This document shows, piece after piece, positions 1-9,721 of a stretch of 64,000 nt of DNA. The notes beneath the pieces were generated by a model. The model was given only the letters and a program-made list of their open reading frames with translations. It had not been told where the DNA came from and searched no databases. Location: NCBI GenBank assembly GCA_965208125.1, contig OZ242320.1, positions 1,856,001 through 1,920,000 on the forward strand, in the 5' to 3' direction. How positions within the stretch are numbered: the stretch's first letter is position 1; each line of letters starts with the position of its first letter. The DNA is from Candidatus Latescibacterota bacterium. Lineage in GTDB: Bacteria; Latescibacterota; UBA2968. The translations under genes were made by a program, and so were the position numbers.

Positions 1-2
1 CG

Positions 3-698
3 GCGATAGAAGAATTCGGATGGGGAGCACCATTAGGCAAAACAGTGCGTATACCGTATGTGGAGCGGCAAGGACAGGTGATAGGGGTGATCGAAGATTT
101 TCATTTTGAGTCGCTCTATCAGGAGATTGTGCCAATGGCGTTTATTATGACGCCGCGCTGGTATAGCAAGTTTGTTGTTCGCGTTCAGTCCCAAAATATA
201 ATGAATACGATTGAATATCTAAAACAGACTTGGGATGTATTTGTTCCGGATCGTTCGTTTGAATTCTATTTTTTGTCTAGTCGATTAGATGGGTTATATC
301 AAGTTGAAAAAAGACGCGGACATGTTTCAGGTATTCTAACGGGATTAGCGATGTTTGTTGCTTGTTTGGGACTATTCGGTTTGGCGGCATTCACCGCAGA
401 GCGGCGGACAAAAGAGATTGGTATTCGCAAAGTGTTGGGTGCGTCGGCGGGTAGAATTGTGATGTTACTGTCAAAGGATTTTTTGACACTGGTTATGGTC
501 GCAAACCTCATTGCGTGGCCTGTTGCATACTGGGTCATGCGAGATTGGTTAACGAATTTTGCTTATCGTATAGATTTGCACTGGACAATTTTTGTGCTCA
601 GTGGCGGGTTGGCGTTGCTGGTTGCATTCCTGACAGTAAGCTATCAAGCTTGGAAAACTGCTTGTACAAATCCTGTAGATGCTCTCAAAAAAGAATAG
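3..698 (+). CDS. ABC transporter permease (FtsX/MacB-like), 5'-partial at window edge
   Basis: Frame open from window start; C-terminal FtsX signature ACLGLFGLAAFTAERRTKEIGIRKVLGAS ... NPVDALK. Confidence 0.92.
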   Translation, partial: AIEEFGWGAPLGKTVRIPYVERQGQVIGVIEDFHFESLYQEIVPMAFIMTPRWYSKFVVRVQSQNIMNTIEYLKQTWDVFVPDRSFEFYFLSSRLDGLYQVEKRRGHVSGILTGLAMFVACLGLFGLAAFTAERRTKEIGIRKVLGASAGRIVMLLSKDFLTLVMVANLIAWPVAYWVMRDWLTNFAYRIDLHWTIFVLSGGLALLVAFLTVSYQAWKTACTNPVDALKKE

Positions 699-861
699 AA
701 AAACAAAATCATGACATCGAACTTCTGGAGAATTGATAGAGGATGCACAAGCCATAGATGTTGCAAAGGAAAATTCAGAAGGCACAGAATGAATCTATAG
801 CCAAAATTAGCATTTGTGTTTTTTCCGATTTTTCCGGGTGGAAGGTCATAGCACTCACTTT

Positions 862-1275
862 TTATTGTGTTTGGTACATCACAAAATCGCTATCGGGAGA
901 GACTGCTTTTAGAAGTTGATCAAATTTTTCCAGAGTAGGCACTGACGTGCCCTGTTCGTAACGCGCATAAGCATTGCGGGATTGAACACCGAGGCGTTGG
1001 GCAACTTCAGATAATGACAAACCGCTTTTTTCGCGCTGGCGACGGAGCATAAGGCTAATCATTACACATGTATCTGAGGAACTAACTTCGAAAGTGCCGC
1101 GTTTTACGGAGTGAACTTTGACTGAAAATTCTGGGCGATTCACCAGCGTCTCTATCAGATCTTTGACCATAACACATGCTTCTTTTTTCGTATATCCCTG
1201 AGTCATAGCGTCGAGCATTGGGATTTCCGCAAGCCAAAATTTTCCATCCTTATAAATTTTACCTTGAAACCGCAT
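862..1275 (-). CDS. HicB-like antitoxin with C-terminal XRE HTH
   Basis: N-terminus WLAEIPMLDAMTQGYTKKEA (HicB RNase H-like fold), C-terminal LSLSEVAQRLG...YARYEQG..PTL HTH; start taken at MRFQGK. Confidence 0.8.
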   Translation of the reverse strand: MRFQGKIYKDGKFWLAEIPMLDAMTQGYTKKEACVMVKDLIETLVNRPEFSVKVHSVKRGTFEVSSSDTCVMISLMLRRQREKSGLSLSEVAQRLGVQSRNAYARYEQGTSVPTLEKFDQLLKAVSPDSDFVMYQTQ

Positions 1276-1289
1276 GTCAATTTCTCTAT

Positions 1290-2633
1290 TCAAAACCTCA
1301 GCGTAAAAACGGTCTTTTCTTCCGGCTTGGACTGAACGCTTATCGTACCGCGATGAACGCGCATAATCTGTCTGGAAAGTGCGAGACCTATACCCGAGCC
1401 ATCGCGTTTGGTCGTAAAAAACGGAATAAAAATCCGCTCCTGCACATCTTCCAAAATACCTGGCCCATTGTCCTGCACGCGGATGACAACGCGGCCTCGT
1501 CCATCGAGTTGTGCCGAGAGATCCATGCGGGCATTGGAACGACCTGCAAGAGCTTGCACGGCATTCCGCATCAAATTGATCAACACCTGTTCGATGAGAT
1601 CGGGATCCGCGGTAAGCTCCAGCGTCCTGGGATCAATTGTCGTATGAAGAGCAATATCATTCTTATCGCATTCCCCCTGCATCAGAAACACAACGCGGGC
1701 AAAAAGCTCGGAAACCTGAAAAATTTGAAAATCGGGACGCGATATATGCGTAAGTTGGCGATACGCCTCGACAAAATGGAGCAGACCTTCGCTGCGCGAC
1801 TGAATCGTTTCCAGAGCCGTGTGAACATCGGGCAGCGTATCGGGATCAAGCGATGAGGCGTGCGCAGAATCGGGCAAAAGATCGCGCACGGTGGAAGTGA
1901 GAGAAGAAATCGGAGTAATAGAATTCATGATCTCATGGGTCAACACGCGAATCAGCTTTTGCCACGCCTCCATTTCCTGCTCTTCGAGTTCGCTCTGGAT
2001 ATTTTGAATAGACGCCAGAATAAAAGACTCGCCCCGCATCCGCAGTTCGGTCGCATAGACAATAATCTGGAGCAGTTCGTCCTCATCCTGAATTTTGACC
2101 AGCGTCTTATCGCCCGAGCGGAGTTTGAGCAGCGCCTCTGAAAACGCCTTACTAACCGTCTCCAATTCGCGCACATCGCGCATATGGGGCTTGCGAAGCA
2201 AACGCTGCGCCGCCGTATTCATCAGTTCAATCCGACCTTCGGGCGTATAGCAAATCAGACCAATGCCCACATGCTGGACAACGGTCTGGAGATACTGAAA
2301 ATTCTCTTCTCTTTCTGCGCGCGTCTTGCGAAAAGCCTCGAGCACCTCGTTAAACGCATCCTTGAGATTGTTATACGCCGACCCCAACCCGGCACCCGTA
2401 AAAGATTGGGAAAAATCCTCATAGCGAATCGCCTGCAAAAATCGCGTGAGATCGCGCTGCGTGCGCTCCACATAGTGTATAAGTGCCCAGGTCTGATAGA
2501 CCACACACGCACCAATAATAGCAAGCGTGGCGTAGTATTCACTAAAAAAAAGACAATAAAAGAAAAGACAGGTCGTGATGCACAGAAGGGCCACGCGCAA
2601 AACACATATCAGGCGAAAGTGTTTATAAGCCAT
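1290..2633 (-). CDS. Membrane sensor histidine kinase (NtrY/NtrB-like)
   Basis: Two N-terminal TM helices, H-box LTHEIMNS, N-box NLMRNA, DNGPG, FFTTK, GSGIGL; start at MAYKHF overlapping the regulator stop. Confidence 0.93.
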   Translation of the reverse strand: MAYKHFRLICVLRVALLCITTCLFFYCLFFSEYYATLAIIGACVVYQTWALIHYVERTQRDLTRFLQAIRYEDFSQSFTGAGLGSAYNNLKDAFNEVLEAFRKTRAEREENFQYLQTVVQHVGIGLICYTPEGRIELMNTAAQRLLRKPHMRDVRELETVSKAFSEALLKLRSGDKTLVKIQDEDELLQIIVYATELRMRGESFILASIQNIQSELEEQEMEAWQKLIRVLTHEIMNSITPISSLTSTVRDLLPDSAHASSLDPDTLPDVHTALETIQSRSEGLLHFVEAYRQLTHISRPDFQIFQVSELFARVVFLMQGECDKNDIALHTTIDPRTLELTADPDLIEQVLINLMRNAVQALAGRSNARMDLSAQLDGRGRVVIRVQDNGPGILEDVQERIFIPFFTTKRDGSGIGLALSRQIMRVHRGTISVQSKPEEKTVFTLRF

Positions 2634-4005
2634 GCTTTTCGAGCCTGCGATAAAGCGCGCTACGCGTGAGACCGAGTTCACGCGCTGCGTGACTGATATT
2701 GCCGCGGTGTTTTTCAATCGCCTTGCGAATAACGGTTTTCTCCACATATTCGAGATTGAAGTCATCAAAATGAATATCGTCACCTGCGGCGGGTTCGGAA
2801 ACGCTGAGAGGAAAGTCCAGCGGTTGAAGAATGCCATTTTCGTTCATAATCACAGCCCGTTCAATCGCGTGCTGCAATTCGCGGATATTGCCCGGCCATG
2901 TGTAATTTTTGAGATGCTCAAGTGCTGCTGATTGAATGGCAATACCCGGTTTATTGTATTTCTGACCGTACGTATCGAGAAACACCTCCACAAGCAGGGG
3001 AATATCGTCAAGGCGATCGCGCAGAGGCGGCAGATGGAGTTCAACAGTATTGACGCGATACAGAAGATCTTGCCGAAAATCATTGCTGGCCACCATATCG
3101 TGAATGGGCATATTGGTCGCACAGATCAGGCGCACATCAATATCGATAGGTCGGTTGGTACCCAGGCGAATAACCGTGCGGTTTTCAAGTGCCGTCAGCA
3201 GCTTGGCCTGGAGCGGCAGCGAAAGATTGCCAATTTCATCCAAAAAAAGCGTACCACCCGACGCGATTTCAAAACGCCCCGCACGGTCTTCTCTCGCATC
3301 TGTAAAAGCACCTTTTTTGTGCCCAAAAAGCTCGCTTTCAAAAAGGCTTTCTGAAACAGCACCGAGATCAACGCGGATAAACGCCTCTGCAGCACGCCGA
3401 GACCGACGGTGCAGGGCACGGGCAACAGCATCTTTCCCCGTTCCATTCTCTCCAAGGATCAGCACATTGGCGTCGGTAGCCCCCACTTTTTGAATGGTAT
3501 CAAAGACCTCGCTCATGGCGCGCGATGTACCCACCATATCGGGAAACTGACCGTCGAGATCGGCGCGAAGCTGTTCTTGTTCGGCGCGCAACTGATTGAC
3601 CTCGAGCCGCGACCGCCGCAACCGCACAGCAGAAGAAAGGGTCGCGAGCAACTTTTCATTTTGCCACGGCTTGAGCACAAAATCCGTCGCACCCTCTTTG
3701 ATCGCTTGCACAGCCGTTTCAACACCGCCATAAGCCGTAATGAGAATGACCACTGCCGAAGAATCGATCTCGAGAATGCGACTCAGCCAGTGAAACCCCT
3801 CTTTGCCCGATGTGGCATCCTGTGCAAAATTCATATCGAGCAAAATCACGTCATAAGTATCATTTTGCAGCAGACCGGGAATGCGGTTGGGATCGGCCTC
3901 GGTATCAACGCGTTCGGCATACTGCTTGAGATAGAGTTGCGCAGCCAACAAAACATCGCGGTCATCGTCAACAATGAGAATTTTGTTGAAAGATTTCGAT
4001 TCCAT
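2623..4005 (-). CDS. Sigma-54-dependent response regulator (NtrC family)
   Basis: Receiver ILIVDDD/LLDMN/KPW, Walker A GENGTGKD, GAFTDA loop, FLDEIG, WPGNIREL, C-terminal Fis HTH; start at MESKSF. Confidence 0.95.
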   Translation of the reverse strand: MESKSFNKILIVDDDRDVLLAAQLYLKQYAERVDTEADPNRIPGLLQNDTYDVILLDMNFAQDATSGKEGFHWLSRILEIDSSAVVILITAYGGVETAVQAIKEGATDFVLKPWQNEKLLATLSSAVRLRRSRLEVNQLRAEQEQLRADLDGQFPDMVGTSRAMSEVFDTIQKVGATDANVLILGENGTGKDAVARALHRRSRRAAEAFIRVDLGAVSESLFESELFGHKKGAFTDAREDRAGRFEIASGGTLFLDEIGNLSLPLQAKLLTALENRTVIRLGTNRPIDIDVRLICATNMPIHDMVASNDFRQDLLYRVNTVELHLPPLRDRLDDIPLLVEVFLDTYGQKYNKPGIAIQSAALEHLKNYTWPGNIRELQHAIERAVIMNENGILQPLDFPLSVSEPAAGDDIHFDDFNLEYVEKTVIRKAIEKHRGNISHAARELGLTRSALYRRLEKHGL

Positions 4006-4017
4006 AACAGCCTCGGA

Positions 4018-4107
4018 CGGGCGACCACAGGGGGTCGCAGGACAACCACAGGGGGTTGTCCCTACAACAAACACACTATCGTAGGGGACGGCCCCTGTGC
4101 CGTCCCG
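4018..4107. repeat. GTAG-type REP palindrome cluster
   Basis: gggcgaccacagggggtcgc / ggacaaccacagggggttgtccctac / gtaggggacggcccctgtgccgtccc; near-identical inverted copy at 28083-28175 and related copy at 54663-54753. Confidence 0.85.
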
Positions 4108-4124
4108 CTCGCTTCTCGCCCCTT

Positions 4125-5225
4125 TTATTTCCCCAGCTTGAGAATCATAATCCACATCGGTTGCTCACCCACATGATAGACCTTGAGAGGCGTGAGACCG
4201 CCCGTCTCTCTATCGATGCGATACCCGGCCATCTTGTCTGACCGTTGACCCGCTGCGAAGAGGAAATTGCCTTCGGGATCGAGATTGAAAGGACGGGGGA
4301 TAGGTTCCGTAGGCGTTTGCCCCAGTGATTCGAGAGAACCGTCATCCTGCACAGCATAGCCCGCAATGCTATTGTGCCCGCGATTGGAGATATACAGAAA
4401 CTTGCCCGAAGGATGAATGTGGATTTGGGCACAGGTATTGCGCTCTGTAAATCCCTCTGGCAGCGTTGAAAGAGTTTGGCGGGGCGCAAGCGTTCCATTA
4501 TCCGGGTTAAAATCATACACCGTAACACTGGAGCCATTTTCATTCGCAACATAAACCACATCTAAAGTCGGGTGAAACTCGTAATGCCGCGGACCTTCGC
4601 CATAAACCGCATCGACTTTCACGACCTCATTAGCAGCCAACTCGCCCGTGGTCTCATCAAAAGTAAACTGATAAATAGCATTGACCGGCATCGTATGCGG
4701 CACAAATAGGAATTGATTGGAAGGATCGGGAAAAAAGCAATGCGCGTGTTCATCCGTGGGAATCCACTGGCGATGTGGCGCGAGCACAGCACCGTTTTTG
4801 TCAATCGCATTGATGGCCACTGCGCCCTCGCCGTAATACGCAGAAAAAAGATACCGCCCGGTCTTGTCCGTACTGATATAACAAGAGCCACCATCAAAAG
4901 GCGCAGTAGAAACATGCTCGAGCGCGCCGGTTTCGGGATCAATACTGTAAGTAACGAGTTCTTTAGACTGTCGCAACGCCGCGTAGAGATATTTTTGTTG
5001 CGGATCGGTACAAAGCGGACCAATACCGCCTTTGGCGGGAAGTTCTTCAATAAGTGTGAGGTCGCCGGTATCGGGATCCATGTCATAACGCAAGAGTTTC
5101 TTGTCTTTAGAGACAGCGACGTACATGTGATACTTCATAGTTTGTTCCTTTCTATTGAATTGTTGGGCAAACAAACTGCCCGTGAACATGGCAAAGAGTA
5201 GAAAAAAAATTGTTTTCATGGCCAT
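4125..5225 (-). CDS. Lactonase family 7-bladed beta-propeller (6-phosphogluconolactonase-like)
   Basis: HAHC, GPRH, YVANE, LYISNRGHNSIA, PRPF motifs; alternative start at 5138 (MKYHMY) with AAGGA RBS. Confidence 0.9.
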   Translation of the reverse strand: MAMKTIFFLLFAMFTGSLFAQQFNRKEQTMKYHMYVAVSKDKKLLRYDMDPDTGDLTLIEELPAKGGIGPLCTDPQQKYLYAALRQSKELVTYSIDPETGALEHVSTAPFDGGSCYISTDKTGRYLFSAYYGEGAVAINAIDKNGAVLAPHRQWIPTDEHAHCFFPDPSNQFLFVPHTMPVNAIYQFTFDETTGELAANEVVKVDAVYGEGPRHYEFHPTLDVVYVANENGSSVTVYDFNPDNGTLAPRQTLSTLPEGFTERNTCAQIHIHPSGKFLYISNRGHNSIAGYAVQDDGSLESLGQTPTEPIPRPFNLDPEGNFLFAAGQRSDKMAGYRIDRETGGLTPLKVYHVGEQPMWIMILKLGK

Positions 5226-5367
5226 ACTCCAAAAAAGTGGTCGTTATTTGTCACAATATAGCATTGGATGAAACGGATAGAAAGCAGAAAGGAACACCTG
5301 CTATAGAGTGGTTCTCGATGGGCTTGACATTGTGACAAGAGCAAAGTTTATTGATCGCGGAAGAGAC

Positions 5368-5455
5368 GTAAGAGCGGCATCCCTGCCGCGATGATCAGGG
5401 TCGGGGGGCGATGTACAACTGGTCGTTAGACCAGTTCAAAGGATTTCCCTCCTAC
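5368..5455. repeat. Degenerate REP-like palindromes
   Basis: gagcggcatccctgccgcgat and aaaggatttccctcctac both recur at 63835-63889. Confidence 0.7.
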
Positions 5456-5528
5456 ATCTCACGCACTTTGCGTTTTGTATCTTTGTGTCTTTGTGTGAGG
5501 CTATCTCACCGCCTTTAAGGAGAAAAAT

Positions 5529-6920
5529 ATGAGCAAAAAACCCAACATCCTCTTCTTTTTCACTGACGACCAGCGATTTGACACCATTCGCGCGCTGGGC
5601 AATACAGATGTGCAAACACCCGTCCTGGATCGCCTCGTAGCAGAAGGCACGACATTTACACACGCGCACATACCCGGCGGAACATCGGGCGCAATATGCA
5701 TGCCCAGCCGCGCCATGTTGCACACGGGACGCACACTCTTTCACCTCGACGGCGCGGGCCAGGGCATTCCCAATGACCACGTAATGCTGGGCGAACATCT
5801 GCAAGCCAACGGCTACCGCACCTGGGGCACGGGAAAATGGCACAATGGACCCGCTTCTTTTGCGCGCAGCTTTTCAGACGGCGCAGAGATCTTTTTCGGG
5901 GGCATGGACGACCACTGGAACGTGCCCGCATTTAATTATGACCCCACCGGCAAATACGACTCCGTACTCCTGCAGTGTCCGACTCCCAACCAATCAAACA
6001 CCTTGAAAATACGAAAAGGCGACCACGTAACCGCGGGCAAACACTCCAGCGAATTATTTGCCGAAGGTGCGATTGACTGGCTGGAAAAATACGACTCGGA
6101 CAACCCATTCTTTATGTACATCTCATTCATGGCGCCCCACGACCCGCGCACAATGCCGCAAAAATATCTCGATATGTACGACCCCGAAGACATCCCGCTC
6201 CCAGAGAACTTTATGGGCGGACATCCATTTGACAATGGCGACCTGAAAGTGCGCGATGAAGTCCTCGAAGATTTCCCTCGTGACCCCTACAAAGTCCGAC
6301 AACACATTGCCGAATACTACGCCATGATCACCCACTTAGACGCGCAGATGGGGCGCGTACTCGACACAATAAGCGCACTCGGAATGTCGGATAACACCAT
6401 CGTCGTCTTTGCCGGGGATAATGGACTCGCCGTGGGACAGCACGGACTTTTCGGCAAACAGAACATGTACGAACACAGCGTGCGCGTACCCCTGATATTT
6501 TCCGGACCGGGCGTACCCGCAGGGCAAAAACAATCCGCCTATGTGTATTTACACGATATTTTCCCAACCCTGTGCGACTTAATCGGCACCAACACACCCG
6601 ACTCTGTTGAGGGAACCAGCCTATTATCCGCACTCAACAACGGCGATGAACAGGTGCGCGACACCCTCTTCTCTGCGTACCGCGAGTGGCAACGCATGGT
6701 AAAAGACAATCGATTTAAACTAATCGAATACGCCGTAAATGGACGCCGCACAACGCAGCTATTCGATCTGGAAAACGACCCCCTGGAACTGCACAATCTC
6801 GCAGACGACAAAGCGCACGCCAGCAAAGTAGCTGACCTGCGAGAAGTACTTTTTAAATGGCGCGATGACTGGGACGATGCGAAAAGCGAATGGGGAAAAA
6901 CATTTTGGGAAGCGTTTTAA
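5529..6920 (+). CDS. Sulfatase (Cys-type, choline-sulfatase-like)
   Basis: PNILFFFTDDQR, CMPSR, GKWH, PHDP, DNG, GKQNMYE..RVPL. Confidence 0.95.
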   Translation: MSKKPNILFFFTDDQRFDTIRALGNTDVQTPVLDRLVAEGTTFTHAHIPGGTSGAICMPSRAMLHTGRTLFHLDGAGQGIPNDHVMLGEHLQANGYRTWGTGKWHNGPASFARSFSDGAEIFFGGMDDHWNVPAFNYDPTGKYDSVLLQCPTPNQSNTLKIRKGDHVTAGKHSSELFAEGAIDWLEKYDSDNPFFMYISFMAPHDPRTMPQKYLDMYDPEDIPLPENFMGGHPFDNGDLKVRDEVLEDFPRDPYKVRQHIAEYYAMITHLDAQMGRVLDTISALGMSDNTIVVFAGDNGLAVGQHGLFGKQNMYEHSVRVPLIFSGPGVPAGQKQSAYVYLHDIFPTLCDLIGTNTPDSVEGTSLLSALNNGDEQVRDTLFSAYREWQRMVKDNRFKLIEYAVNGRRTTQLFDLENDPLELHNLADDKAHASKVADLREVLFKWRDDWDDAKSEWGKTFWEAF

Positions 6921-6925
6921 AAACA

Positions 6926-7021
6926 AGCTATCAGCGGTCAGCAGTCAAGAAAACAAGCGAGATATTGCCTTTGGGTGGCTGGGCGGGAGACTGATAGCTG
7001 ATGGCTGAAAGCTGATCGCTT
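6926..7021. repeat. Inverted pair of heptamer tandem repeats
   Basis: gctatca-gcggtca-gcagtca ... ctgatag-ctgatgg-ctgaaag-ctgatcg, intergenic. Confidence 0.7.
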
Positions 7022-7036
7022 AGAAAGGAGACGACC

Positions 7037-7882
7037 ATGGATGCTTCATGTCTGGCGCATAGCTTGAGAGAAGAAGAGCGATTGCAGTTTGAACGCGATG
7101 GGTATCTGATTGTCGAAAATGCTCTCGACCCCGACCACGCCGCGCGCCTGTGCGCCGTGGTCGATCGCGTGGATGCCGAAATGCGCCCCAAACAAGGCGT
7201 GGATAAGCTCGGACGCTTGAGCGTCAGAGACTTTATCGGCCTCGACTGGGAATTTGTCGAACTGGTAGATTGGCCCAGGACCATTGCAAAAGTATGGGAC
7301 ATTTTGAGCTGGAACTTGCAAATCTATCACTCGCACCTCAACGTCACCCCCCCGGTATCAAACGGAAGTGGTGGAAAGAATCTGCGCTGGCATCAAGACA
7401 GTGCCCTGCTCAATCAGGAATTAGAAACAGATCCCCGCCCCCGCATCTCAATCAAAGTGGCATACTTCTTAACGGACTGCAGCGAAGATGGCCGGGGCAA
7501 CTTTTACATTATACCGGGCAGTCATTTGACCAACGACTACGACTTTCCCAATGGCGACCGCACATCCGAACCCAAAGATGCAATACCCGTGCTCGTCAAG
7601 CCGGGAACAGCCGTATTTTTTGACCGCAGACTCTGGCACTCGGTAAGCGCAAATTACTGGACAGAAGCGCGTCTGGCACTCTTTTACGGATATAGCTATC
7701 GCTGGTTCCGTCCCCGCGATGACGTAACGATGGATCACTGGTGGGACCGGTTAGATCCCATCCGCAAACAATTATTTGGCAACGCGCCAACCGGCGGGTA
7801 TGGTTTCACCTCTCCCACTGACGAAGATGTGCCCTTGCGCGGATGGCTATCTGAACACCTGGGCGAAGAAGCTGTGGCATAG
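7037..7882 (+). CDS. Phytanoyl-CoA dioxygenase (PhyH) family 2OG-Fe(II) oxygenase
   Basis: FERDGYLIVEN, WHQD, IPGSH, FFDRRLWH; AGGAG RBS. Confidence 0.93.
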   Translation: MDASCLAHSLREEERLQFERDGYLIVENALDPDHAARLCAVVDRVDAEMRPKQGVDKLGRLSVRDFIGLDWEFVELVDWPRTIAKVWDILSWNLQIYHSHLNVTPPVSNGSGGKNLRWHQDSALLNQELETDPRPRISIKVAYFLTDCSEDGRGNFYIIPGSHLTNDYDFPNGDRTSEPKDAIPVLVKPGTAVFFDRRLWHSVSANYWTEARLALFYGYSYRWFRPRDDVTMDHWWDRLDPIRKQLFGNAPTGGYGFTSPTDEDVPLRGWLSEHLGEEAVA

Positions 7883-7883
7883 T

Positions 7884-8072
7884 ATGAGGATCGGATTATG
7901 GAATGGGAACCCATCTTTCACGATTTTACATTCGGCGAATCCGAACGCCGAGAAATGGTGCGTGGTATATGCCTATCGCAATCCCGGCCTGCCGTCAAAT
8001 GCGCGATGGATATCCGAGGAATACGAAAAACGGCGCGTCCCTGGCGCCGAAGGCTTGTTGAGCCTTTATTAA
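7884..8072 (+). pseudogene. Probable C-terminal remnant of a second PhyH-like gene
   Basis: ILHSANPNAEKWCVVYAY resembles the terminal His strand of PhyH enzymes; no N-terminal part. Confidence 0.4.
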
Positions 8073-8087
8073 CCAGAAAGGAAAAAT

Positions 8088-8753
8088 ATGAACATCTTAC
8101 TCCTGCGGCATTCAGCTGGTTTTGAACACAGCTATTTGCCCGACGCAGAAGTGGCTCTGAAAGCAATCGGCAAAGAGAACGGGTGGCGCGTTTTAACCAC
8201 GCACAGGTTGGACCGCATTTCCGCTGAGAACCTGGAAAAATTTGACATCCTCGCATTTGCGACAACCGGAAACCTGCCCTTTACCGATGAGCAAAAAACC
8301 GCGATCCTGAACTTTGTCCGCAACGGCAAATCATTCTTCGGCATACACAACGCAACCGACACCTGCTATGACTGGCCCGAATACGGCGAAATGCTCGGCG
8401 GATGGTTCAACGGCCATCCCTGGCACCATGAAGTGGGGATCATTGTCGAAGACACCAATCACCCCGCGACAAAAATGCTGGGCGACTATTTTCGGGTAAC
8501 AGATGAAATCTACACATTCAAAAATTACGACCGCAACAAGACCCATATCCTGATGCGGATCGACAACGAAACCGTAGATCTGGAAAAAGGCAACCGCGAA
8601 GATAACGACTACGCCATGGGCTGGTGCCACGAATACGGCAAAGGCCGCGTCATGTACACCGCCCTGGGACATCCCGATGCCCTGTGGCACGAAGACTGGT
8701 TCCACGCGCACATCACGGGATGTATCAAATGGGCTGCAAGGTTGGAGGATTAA
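8088..8753 (+). CDS. ThuA-like (class I glutamine amidotransferase-like) protein
   Basis: GFEHS, GIHNATD, GGWFNGHPW, DEIY, YGKGRVMYTALGH. Confidence 0.92.
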   Translation: MNILLLRHSAGFEHSYLPDAEVALKAIGKENGWRVLTTHRLDRISAENLEKFDILAFATTGNLPFTDEQKTAILNFVRNGKSFFGIHNATDTCYDWPEYGEMLGGWFNGHPWHHEVGIIVEDTNHPATKMLGDYFRVTDEIYTFKNYDRNKTHILMRIDNETVDLEKGNREDNDYAMGWCHEYGKGRVMYTALGHPDALWHEDWFHAHITGCIKWAARLED

Positions 8754-8754
8754 A

Positions 8755-9720
8755 ATGCCAAAATTTGTATTCATGCCGCCGCAGGACGACCTCAAGCGCG
8801 CATTCGCCGTCCGCCTGTCGGACGAACTCCCCGAATACGACGTCCTATCGCCCGAAACCGACGAAGACGCCATAGAGGCAATACGCGATGCCGACGCCGC
8901 ATTCGGCTGGATACCGCCCGATGCACTCGCCGTCGCCAAAAAACTCGCCTGGCTGCACAATCCAGACGCCGGTCCCTTCTTCGGCTACTACTACAAAGAA
9001 CTGACCAAACACCCGCTAACCATCACAAATCCCCGCGGCATATACTTCGACCACATATCCCACCACATCCTCATGTTCCTGCTCGCACTGGCGCGCGGGC
9101 TACCGTGGTACATAGACGCACAGCGGCGCAGAATATGGGACAAAAACGCGCGCAAATCCCCGTACATAGACCTCGCTGGCGCAACAGCCCTCATCAACGG
9201 CGTGGGCGGCATCGGACACGAGACAGCCCGCCTGTGCAATGAACTGGGAATGACCGTCATCGGCATCGAACCCCGGCCCGAGTACGAACTGCCCTACGTC
9301 GAATTCCACACCCCGGACGAAATTGACACAGTTCTGCCACTCGCGGACTTTGTGATCACAACCGTCCCACACACACCTGAAACCGAAGGCATGTTCGACG
9401 CACGGCGCTTCACCCTGATGAAACCCTCGGCGTACTTCATCAACATCGGACGCGGCAAAGTATGCAAAATAGACGACCTCGCCAACGCCATCGAATCCGG
9501 CACAATAGCGGGCGCCGGTCTCGACGTATTCGAACAAGAACCCCTGCCCTCCGACCACAAGCTATGGGGCTTGCCCAACGTACTGATAACCCCCCACATT
9601 GCCGTCAGAGACGCCGGCAACATAAACGAGCGACGCTACGAAATACTCATCGACAACGCCCGTCGCTTTCTCGAGGGTGAAGAACTGACCAATGTCGTGG
9701 ATAAATCAAAATGGTACTAG
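8755..9720 (+). CDS. D-2-hydroxyacid dehydrogenase family protein
   Basis: GVGGIG, FINIGRG, GAGLDVFEQEPLP, ITPH; start at MPKFVF. Confidence 0.93.
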   Translation: MPKFVFMPPQDDLKRAFAVRLSDELPEYDVLSPETDEDAIEAIRDADAAFGWIPPDALAVAKKLAWLHNPDAGPFFGYYYKELTKHPLTITNPRGIYFDHISHHILMFLLALARGLPWYIDAQRRRIWDKNARKSPYIDLAGATALINGVGGIGHETARLCNELGMTVIGIEPRPEYELPYVEFHTPDEIDTVLPLADFVITTVPHTPETEGMFDARRFTLMKPSAYFINIGRGKVCKIDDLANAIESGTIAGAGLDVFEQEPLPSDHKLWGLPNVLITPHIAVRDAGNINERRYEILIDNARRFLEGEELTNVVDKSKWY

Positions 9721-9721
9721 T

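Noticed and set aside
699-792. Possible antitoxin remnant (DIELLE/LIEDAQAIDVAKE)
   Set aside because: Too short and needs a frameshift; cannot be supported without a search.
4018-4107. Repeated palindromes as a CRISPR array
   Set aside because: Units are inverted and adjacent, with no regular unique spacers and no cas genes; they fit REP elements.
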